64,000 bases of DNA, from NCBI GenBank assembly GCA_029717555.1, contig JAMDHS010000008.1, positions 124,001-188,000 on the forward strand, written 5' to 3'. This DNA comes from Peribolospora baueri. Lineage: Eukaryota. Positions 54,455-64,000 of the stretch are shown here, in pieces. Position 1 is the first letter of the stretch; each line of letters begins with the position of its first letter. A program made the translations under genes and the position numbers. Below the pieces are notes generated by a model. That model worked only from the letters and a program-made list of their open reading frames with translations, ran no database searches and was not told where the DNA came from.

Positions 54455-56555
54455 TCACTGCTGCATGCTGGCAAAGTTGAAACCGCCCTGAGGTGCGGCC
54501 AGGTCGCTCTGGAACGCAAACGCGCCGCTCTCGTCGACCTGAGGCCCCTCGAGCGCCTCCGACTCGTCCTCGGGGAAATACTTATCCATGATGAAGTAGC
54601 AATGCTTGTAAATCTCGAGGTTCTCGTGGTGCTGCAGGTTGTGGATCGTCACCATGCCGCCGCACTCCTCCACGAACAGGGCGTACTGGTTCACGCCCGT
54701 GCCACCCGCCGCCTCCTTGTCCTGCTCGCCAACCTTGAGGATGTTCTCGAGTCCATCCAGGGCGACCTGGATGATCTTGTTGTCCATCGACTTGAGCAGA
54801 TCGCACAGAGGCTTGATGCACCCTTGCTGGACGAGGTACCGGATCTGCGCAGGCTCTTGCAGACCGCCAGAGGTCGCGTTGGAGATGGCCCAGCAGGCCT
54901 CCTTCTTCGTCTTGAAGTCGGCGTGTTGGAGGATGTTGATGAGCGGCGGGATGATGTTAGCGTCGATCACGGCCTGAATCTGATGCGGGCTGCCGGCGGT
55001 GATGTTCGAGATCGTCCAGCACGCCTCTTTCCGGATGCCGTCCTTCGGAGAAGAGAGGAGGGCGAGGAGAGGCGGCAGAGCACCGGATGCGATAACGACT
55101 TGGGTCTGCAAATCGTCGCCCGTCACGATGTTGCCGACGGAGCGAAGAGCAGGTGTCTGAACGGAGGTGGAGTTGTGCCTGCCGAAGTCGCCAGAGCCGA
55201 AGAGATCCGTTAGAAAACGCGAACGACCGCAAGCTCCACTGGCGGTGATGTGAATAGACGTGGAAACTCACATGAGCAGGTCGACGAGCCTCTTGCAGAG
55301 TCCAGCCTCTATCACAGCCTGGATCTTCTCGTTCGCGCCGTCCGACAAGTAAGAGACGGCCCAGCACGCGTCGATCAAAACCTCCTCGTCCATGGAGTGA
55401 ATGAGTTTGCTAAGCACGCCGAGGGCCGGGGACACCTGTGGAGAAAGACGACATGGCAAGGGGTGATCACATAAGCGACGGCGGACACATCAAGGTACAG
55501 GCACCCGTGGTGTGGCCCAAGCGACTCACCAGCTCCCACTCAGGCTGCGGGTTCTTGCCGCGGCAGAAGTTACTCAACGTCCAAGTGGCGTTGCGAAGCA
55601 TGCTGAGCTTGTGGTTCTCGCTCAAGAGAGCAAGCAGTGGGCCCATGGCACCCTGCTGCAGGACGTAATCGCGGCACTTGGGGCTGTCTCCGGCGATGTT
55701 GCCGAGCGCCCAGACAGCCTGCTCGCGCACGTCGAGGACGGGGGAAGCGAGGAGCTCGATGAAGATGGGGACGGCGCCGGCGCTGATGACGACTTGGGTG
55801 TGGTCCGAGGTGCCGGAGGCGATGTTGGTCAAAGCCCATGCCGCCTCGAACTGGGAGTGAGAGGGAATAGATAGGCCGGAGCATGATCAGTCGCAAGCGC
55901 TACGGGCGACGAGGCATACGGTGAGGGGCAGGAGGAAAGACGAGCGGCTCGCTCACCTGAATCATGGAGTGCTGAGAACGAAGGAACTCGACGAATCGGG
56001 GCACCACGTTGCACTCGATGACCTTTTCAATTGGCGGGTTCTTCTCCTTGGAGAGCAGCTTGCGGAACTTGGTCGTCGCGTCAAGCTGGGCCTCGACGTC
56101 GTCGGAGAAAACGCCCTGGATCATCTGCGGCAGCTGGTCGTTGAGCTGAAGAGAAGGGAATCGCAGGAGTGGAGAGGGAAGGGATGCAAGCATGAGCAAA
56201 CGCACAATCGACATGGGCACGACAGAGGGACGCAGGATAAGTGTGTGTGCGATGCGAGATGAAGTGCCGCCGTCTGAATGAGGCCGGGGAGGGCGCTGCG
56301 ATCAGACATGGGAGACGAACGGGGACAGGGACTCACCTGAGCGTCCATGGCAACGCCAATGTCCTCATCGTCCGACTCTCCGCCACTGGCGATGCTGGAG
56401 AGGACCAAGTTCCTCCGCTTGGCCAAGCTCTCGTCCTTCTTCTGCCGGCGGATCTCCACCTGTGCCTCCTCTCGTCTCCTGCGGAGCTCATCCTGCTTGT
56501 ACAGGCCCTTGTTCTTGAACTGGTTCTGACGGTGGGAAAGATCGCGGCTGGCCAT
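54455..56555 (-). CDS. SRP1: Importin alpha (Srp1/Kap60)
   Basis: IBB domain [43 protein letters not shown] repeats [27 protein letters not shown]. Confidence 0.98.
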
Positions 56556-57029
56556 GATGGATGTGGACAGGGGAGGGGATGGGGAGGCGACTGGAGACGA
56601 GGGACCGTCCGTCTGGCGGGCGATAGGGGGTTGGAGAATGCGAGCGTGCGGCGGAAGCGCTGCGGGGGAAAGGAGAGGGACTAGGAAGGACGACGCCGAT
56701 GCGGACGAGGGATAGCAAGAAGGGGAAGAAGGTGGCGGTGGCGACGGCGACGGCGGTGGTGGCGATGGAGAGAAAGGGGATCCGGCGAGGCGTTCGAAGA
56801 TGGAGGAGCGAAGGGGCGACTCGACGCGCGACCGAACAGTCGGCTCGGCAGAAACGCAAGAGGGGATGCGACCGTGGGAATTTCACTGCCGCAGTCGACG
56901 GGCGGACAACAACGTGCGCGCGGGATGCGGCGATCAGACAGACAGGAGCGGGACAGGGCGGTACACGTGAACCGGAGCCCACCGAGGGCAGAGAAAGGAA
57001 GGAAAGAGAGTACAATAGCAAGGACGAGT

Positions 57030-59006
57030 CTACATTTGCACCACCGCCGACCCATTCTCCGCCCTCCCTCGCTCTCCCTCCGTCTCCCACTTCCTCCGCC
57101 CCCACGCCCACACCGCGTCCAGGATGAGCGCGCCGCCGCCCAAGGCCCAGACGAGGGTGACGGCGTAGAAAAAGTTGGCGTTGCCGCTGCCGTCGTAGAT
57201 CCAGAGGTGGTAGAAGGTGGGAAGGAGAAAGAGCGCGTAGAGGTGCACGGTGGCGGAGAAGAAGGGGTATCGCAAGTCTGTGTGTGCGCGGTTCGAGACG
57301 AAGAGGAAGAGAGGGATGCCTGAGTCCGCGCGCCATCCGTCTTGACAAAGGGTCAGACGGGGTACCGCACGTCACTCACAAGGCGCGATCTCGTCGTGCA
57401 AACTGAGCAGACCGAGGAAGAGGCAAGTGTCTCCCAGAGACGGGTAAGACTTGAAGGTGGCCATGATACCTGAAAGAATGGTGATCGCGAACAACGGATC
57501 CTCCCTATCATCCGTCGGACATCGAGAAGGGGGGCAGAGAAAATGGGGAGAAACGTGAACAGAACGAAAACGGATGATGAAACTCGAAAACTAAACTCCA
57601 CGCACCGATGCCGAATAGTGACCGGCGCCGCATAGATCAAGACATGCAACTGGAATGCCATGAGGAAAAAGTCCCTGAAGTGGTCGAACATCTCTATGAA
57701 AAAGTACCACCAGAGACCGATGTTCGGCGTGAGGTCGTCCACGAGGAGGCTTCGCCGTGGAAATGGAGCGAGGGAAAGCGTGCATGAGCCTCCAAGCTGT
57801 AGCTGTCGCGACGAGGGGGAAAAAGAGCAAACTCACATGGTTCCGTACACGCCTCGCACAAAGTTCCATGAGCCGGCTACGTAACGAGACACGGCGACCA
57901 GCGCGCTCGCGCTCAAGATCAGGTTGGCCACGGCCGTGATGACCGTCCTCTGCGGCCAAGAAGAGGAGGGATAGGTTCAGACACAAAAGAAGCTTCAAAC
58001 GGACGCGTCACGCACCTTGTCTCCGATGAACCCTCCATTGAAGCCTTGTCTTCGGCCAGACTGCACGAGAAGCAAAACCAAAGCGGGCACGAGCAGAACG
58101 GGGTAGAGGGAGAACGAGGAGGCGAGCGCAATGAAAAGCATGGCGTTCTCAATGTTGCCTTGGACAAAAGCGAAGGACAAAAATGAGCACAATACGATCA
58201 ATGACAGACAGGAATATGCGCTACAAGGCTGAACTGGTCATCATCATCAGCCTTGAGGGCCAGAAAATCCAGTTGCCGTCAAGGAGCTCACCTTGAGTAG
58301 CGGCGAAAGTGGCGGACAGTACGGCAAGGTTGGAGAAAAGAATGGTCGATTGCGAGAGAGCGGAAACAAGTGTGAGGGGGTTGAAAAGATATCTGAAAAA
58401 GAGAAGGATCGTGGTGAGCGACAGCTGTCTGTTGGAGACTCACCGCGCTCGCCCTCGCCTCCACAAGCGCGACGACGCGCTCACGCACAAAGCGGCCACC
58501 TTCCAAACGCCGTCATCGCCGGACCCGCTCTTCCACCGCTTCAACTCGCCGAGCAACCATCCAGCCCCGACATCCGCCGCCGTCCAGCACAGGGCATTAC
58601 AGAAGCGCGAGGTGACGGGGAGGACGGTGGAGAAGAGGGTGAGGAGGATGGGGGATTGGTGGAAGGGCCCGCCGGAATAGGGCGAAATTTTGTTGTGTAG
58701 GAGGTAGACGCCTTCTTTAACTGGTCATCGTAAAGCAGGGTCAGAAGCAGCCCGTCAGTCGAATCACGGCGTCCTGCTCTCCTTTGCCCTGTCCCTCACC
58801 CACTCGCTCTCGCTCTCTCGGCACTCACGCCCTTTCAGGCTCGTGATCGGCGTAACCAGCTCGACCCGATCTCGCAAAGCTGTCGGTAGTCCTGTCGCAA
58901 AGAGGCCCAGCCTCAAGGCGGCCCCGAGAGCGAGAACCGCGGCGAGCTTGGCGTGTGAGGAGCTGCTCGGGACGAGCGACGTCCGTGTCGGTGTTTGCGC
59001 GCCCAT
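57030..59006 (-). CDS. GAB1: GPI transamidase component PIG-U / Gab1
   Basis: RVELVTPITSLK.LKEG, PYSGG.FHQSP, DLTPNIGLWWYFFIEMFDHFR, FKSYPSLGD, HLWIYDGSGNANFFYA. Confidence 0.94.
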
Positions 59007-59427
59007 CGCGGCGGCTGACCGAGCTAAGAAGCGGCGAGAAGAATAACAAGAAATATGGCCAGGCGCTCCGGCGCTAGCCGTGCCTCTTTCGACCCGTGAA
59101 GAAGACAAGGGGAAAGCTGTTGGCCGTCGCCTGTCTGCGTTGTTTGCCTCGAGCGTAATGATGATCGTCCATGCGAAGCAGGCCGTCGAACTTCCCCAGC
59201 GAGCGTCCGGCCCGCCGCAGCACCCTCTATCAATCCGTCTGCCGCAGCACTCATCCGTCCGTCCGCCAACGATGTGCTATGCTTAGTTCGCTGCCGGCCA
59301 GGCTCATCACGTTCACACTTCATCCTCACATCCACTTATTCTTTCTCGCCTAGCCTTTCATCGTCGCCTTCCCCCTTTTCACTCTATCCAACGGCTCGCC
59401 GAGCAACCAGCTCAGAGCACCACAACC

Positions 59428-61377
59428 ATGAACAGCCTCCAAAATTCCATACAGGTGCGCTCCCGATCTTCGTCCCAGGCATGTCCTATCGACAGCTGCT
59501 TTGGGGGATGTGGACATTTGAACCCTTCCCTCGCTCATCCCTGTTGATTTCCTCCCTTAGACCCATTTTTGGGCTGTCAGAGACTATCTCTCTCCAGTGA
59601 GTTCTTTGTCTCTCCTCCGGCGCCTCGCACGCGACGGACCACGTTGATTTGCCTCTCCATCGCTCTTCTTCCCCGCTCCCTGCTCTGCTCGATCAGGTCC
59701 TTCGCGAATCCAAATTCAAAGAGCACGGGCGCATCACCCCAGGTGGGATGCACCGATCTTCTGCGAATGAGGTCATTCCGCCTCTCCACCACCAGTAACG
59801 CTGACCAATTGTCGTGTGTTCGTACCGCTTGACAGAGGAGTTTGTCGCAGCGGGAGACTTTTTGGTATACAAGTTCCCAACATGGTCATGGTGAGCGGAT
59901 GAAGACGAGTCGACCACTCTGGTACTGCCATCAACGATGGAGAGCTTGACATATGCTCGCTTATTGTAACGCCCTCAGGGAAAAAGGCGATGGGTCCAAG
60001 GTCCGCGACTTCCTTCCAGCCGAGAAACAGTACCTAGTGTCTAGAGGAGGCAAGTCGTCCTGTGGAGCTGTTCATCATTGTGTCATCCCTCACGCTCAAT
60101 CGCCTTCTCTATTTCCTTCTTCGCTTAGTTCCATGCCTTCGCCGGGTCTCGCAGATGGAGTCAGCCGCCGTAAACGAAGGCGGCGAGACGATGCTTTCTT
60201 TTTCCAAAGAGGTCGGGGCCACCGGCGATGAGGAGGACTGGGTGGCGACTCACACGAACGGCGGTGAGCATATGATCGTGTCGCCTATGCATGTCGACGA
60301 GACGCGTCGCCGCCGACCCTGACGCCTCTCCTGATGTCACTTTGATCTATCCCGTCGATCAGGTGCAGGATCCTCTCTGCCACCTTCCGAAGCCCCTCAT
60401 ATTCAAGATATCCCAGATGTTGATGCGCTCCCTGCTGGCGTGGAAGACGACATGGCGCGGCAAGTGGCCGACATGACCTTGCATTCCGGCGGCGACGCGA
60501 GTGGAGCGGCGGCAGGCGGCGGCGGCGGGAACCCGTCTGATATGCCGGATATCGATGACATTCCTGATATGGATGATGAGGACCTCGGAGGTGGCGTCGA
60601 GGAAGTGGAGGACCCTGCTACGGCGCAGGTGCAGAAACCTAAGCCAACCAGCAAGGACAAAGAGTGCGCGGTTAAGGTTTTTCTCTCGTCGAGCTGAAGA
60701 CGGTTGTGGCTCACTCGATGGGTCTCCCTTGATGTCACCAGGACTGCGGATAACCTGGTTCAGGTTCGAACGTACGATTGTCTGATCACGTACGACAAGT
60801 ATTACCAGACGCCGCGGTTCTGGCTCATTGGTTTTGACGAGGTGAGCGCCGGCACCGACTTGCTGCCTATGCACGTGTGGCGTGAGAGCAACTACTGAGC
60901 GCTTCTTGGCCGCATCCGCCTTTGCAGAACGGCACGCCGCTCAAGCCGTCCCAAATCTTTGAGGACGTGTCTTCGGATTACGCCCAAAAGACGGTGACCA
61001 TCGAACCCTTCCCCCACTCGGCGACGATCTCCACCGCGTCCGTGCACCCGTGCAGGCATGCGAGCGTGATGAAGAAGGTGATCGAGCGAATGAATGCGAG
61101 CGTCTTGGAGGAGCAGCGCAAGGAGAAGGAGAGGCGGAGCAAAGACGGTGGGGGAGGAGGAGGAGGTAAGAAGCGCGGTTGGGGATTGGGAGGGGTGGTG
61201 AGGAAGGCGACGGGAAAGGACAGCAAGGAGAAGAAGGCAGAAAAGGAGGCGTCCGGTCCGAGCCAGGAGGACGACCCGCCCGAGGGAGTCCGGGTCGATC
61301 AGTACCTCGTCATCTTCCTCAAGTGGGTCGCCACCCTGTGCCCCGCCATCGAAGTTGACTCTACCTGCTCTTTCTGA
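59428..61377 (+). CDS. ATG3: Autophagy E2-like enzyme Atg3
   Basis: [77 protein letters not shown] (catalytic Cys), [10 protein letters not shown]. Confidence 0.97.
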
Positions 61378-61735
61378 ACGCCGTCCCGCCGTCGACCGGC
61401 GCTACCCGGTCCATCCTGCGGGCGCGCTCAGGCGCCTACGTGCAACCCGTACGCTCCCTCCCCCCTCCCCATCTTCGGTTTTTGACGTTCTTTGAGTTTG
61501 CCCGGTCAGCCTTGCGGTAATGTTTAGTTTCGTTCGAATGCCGCTCGCTTTACCGCGGTAGCATCCCTCCCTCCCTGTAGCTTCTTTATTTTATTTTTTT
61601 TTCCTTTCCTTGCCGGCCTCGAAGAGGTATTTTCCGTTTCTTCTTCCCCTCCTCGATCACGATCCACATCACCGCCCCATTTGATACCTGCTCGCTAGAT
61701 CTCCACGCATCGCGCGTCGCGAGCACTCCAGTTCC

Positions 61736-61800
61736 ACCCACCCATCCATCCATCCATCCGTCCGTCCGTCCATCCAATCATCCGTCTTAGCCCATCCATC
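61736..61800. repeat. (CCAT)/(CCGT) tetranucleotide microsatellite
   Basis: Tandem ccat/ccgt units. Confidence 0.85.
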
Positions 61801-62066
61801 TTGTCCGCACTTTTCCGTCGATCCACGCACCTACCTGTTGCCCCTAATCCCTCCGTATCAAGCTTTCGTAAACGTTCGTTTTTTTGTGGGTTTTTTGTGT
61901 ATGGACGAAGAGGATTGACGAATGGATGGACGATACAGTAGGCTCGCCTGTTCGAATGAAAGGCAGAGGCCGGGTATATCTCAGCTACATTGGTGTACAG
62001 CCTAGTATGGGGACAAAAAAAGACTACATGCGACGTCACGACTTCCACGTCATCCACCGTCGTCTC

Positions 62067-64000
62067 TTATTCCCCGTCGCCATGGCCCCCGCCGGCAGTA
62101 CCGTCTCTCCTCTTCCGCGGCGCCCCCAACCAGATCCTCAGCTCCTCATCCTCCAGCCTGACCCCGTGCATAGACGCCAGGTGCCGTCGGAGGTCGTACA
62201 CGCGTGAGAAGCGATATTGGCAAGGATCGGTCAGATCTCTGTCATCTTCAACGTCGACGTCGTCGTCGTCATCGTCGTTCGTCTCCTTGCTCGCGTCCGA
62301 TCCTGATGTTTCGCAGCGGCGACATCGCACAGGCGCCGTCGCCACCGGTCCGTGCACAGGAGACGTAGCCCGTCCGGCGGTGCTGGGCGAGATGGGCGCG
62401 CTTGCAGTGGCGTCTGGATCTGATTCAAGGCCTTCGAGGACGATCGTGGGCCAAGGACAAGCGTAAACGCGCAGACGAGGGCCGGCGCTCTGACTTCTGC
62501 GTCTTCCGTTTCCGTCCACGGGCGTCGTCGTCTCGGCAGCTTGGTCATCGTTTGAGGGAGCGTATCCAGCACCGGTGAGAAGGTCCACCTTGGATCGTTT
62601 CGATCCCCTCGATGCCGGAGTTCGAGATACGGAACGAGCTCGTTTGCGGCCATTCATCAACGTCGTTGCCGAGTCGCCACGAGAACGAGAGTCCGTGCGG
62701 GAAGAAGCGTCGTCGCTCGCCTCTCGGTCATTCGCTCCGTTCGTCCTAGACCTGTCGGCGTCCGAGTACACCTCTGCTGCCTCCTCAACTCCTTTCGCCG
62801 CGTCACGGTCATGCAACTTGCCATGTCGGAGGAGAAGGTGCTTGTGTCCAAAAGCTTTTCCGCAGACCTTGCCGTTGACTTCACGGTCGCAGACGAAGGG
62901 ACGAAGGCCGAGATGAGCCGTGTTCACATGCGTCCGAAGAGCATACGCCTGGCGAAGAAGAGGCAAAAACACGGGGCATCGACGAAGGCGTCAGCCATCG
63001 CTTTGCTTCATGGCGAGTGACCTCTTTGTTGCGCACATCAAGCGTTCGCCGACTCACAGACTTGAAAGCCTTGTCGCATGCCTCCCAATCGCAGACATGG
63101 TCTCTCCCGCGCTGACCACCCCCCAAGCGCTTCGCCTCGTCCTCTCCCTCCCCATCTTCACTCTCTCCGGATACTGCACTTCTCTCCTCGCTCAACAGTC
63201 GACGCCTCTTCTCTTCCATTTTCCGATCCTCGTGCGCCATCAGGTGTCCGCGAAGGCCGCGAGCGCTCGTGAACGTGCGTCCGCTGCACTCGGGGTACGG
63301 GCACGTGGGAGGATGGGCCTGGCGGAGGTGGGCCTGGAGGTCGGTCCAAGTACGGAAGGAGTAGACAGCGGGATTCGACGGGCCTTGAGAGGGCGGGTCA
63401 TGAGGGAGGCTGCAGACGTATCTTGAGCCTGAATCCGGCGACAGTAAACCTATATTGAGCACCACATCCCTTGATGGTTCGAGCAATCACACAGAGACAA
63501 TAATTGCGCACCATCATGTGTTCTCTCATGTTTGCGCAGCTTGCTCCCCGTCGGGAAGCTCTTCTCGCACCCTTCATGTGAGCATTCAAACGGCCTGGTG
63601 CCAGGCGCATTGTGCGCCTCGGCGACGTGCTCACGAAGCTGCTTGTGTTTGGCGAACGATTCGGGACAGTTAGGTTTGGGGCACTGGAGCGGGAAGCGAA
63701 GACGGGGACGACCGAGGTGTAAGTTCCGAAATCCAAACGAAGTAGTGCAGATACACATGTGGTGGTACGCCATGAGAGCCCACCTCAAAAGCGTTCTCCC
63801 CGTCATGCGCATCTGTATGCCTCTTCAAATGCTGCGCCGTCCAAAACCGTTTACCGCATGCTGGGCGATCACATCTGAAAGGCTTGTTGTCACTCGGTTG
63901 GTGTGTCCTCGCGTGCGCGTGGAGGTGCGATTCACGACGGTAAGTGTTCGAACAATGCAGACAAGCAAAGGGGCGCTATAGGAGGCGTAAAAAGAGCAAG
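62067..64000 (-). CDS. Multi-C2H2 zinc-finger protein, TFIIIA-like (5' part outside window)
   Basis: RPFACLHCSNTYRRESHLHAHARTH, KPFRCDRPACGKRFWTAQHLKRH, CPKPNCPESFAKHKQLREH, FRTWTDLQAHLRQAHPPTCP, AHLGLRPFVC, RFSRVYDLRRH. Confidence 0.82.

Overview
Eukaryotic, GC-rich, intron-dense genomic DNA. Splice signals and gene sequences point to a basidiomycete fungus; the exact taxon cannot be determined from sequence alone. About 25 spliced genes are recognisable, mostly housekeeping: RSC9-like (partial), a CPC1/GCN4 bZIP, an SV2-like MFS transporter, MPDU1, HUB1, EBP2, a GaaA-like reductase, RIO2, WDR5/SWD3, PKR1, SPT5, mitochondrial EF-Tu, a secretory lipase, an AA7/BBE-like oxidase, CDK8/SSN3, CutA, PIG-V, IDI1, eIF3k, importin-alpha, PIG-U, ATG3 and TFIIIA (partial). 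There is also an apparently pseudogenised Zn-dehydrogenase and a second, divergent bZIP-like ORF. No rRNA, tRNA, CRISPR array or transposon was seen. The most interesting signal is the CPC1 5' leader. It has two uORFs, and the second is split by an intron right after its AUG. Splicing gives a short uORF plus a long stop-free non-AUG extension frame, whereas intron retention puts the same AUG in frame with CPC1, which makes a candidate splicing/translation switch. Other leads are the orphan bZIP with an ATF4-like leader, a fungal CutA with two possible starts, unusually long HUB1 introns, GC-AG introns and shared motifs in divergent promoters. All gene models were derived by eye, so boundaries are approximate.
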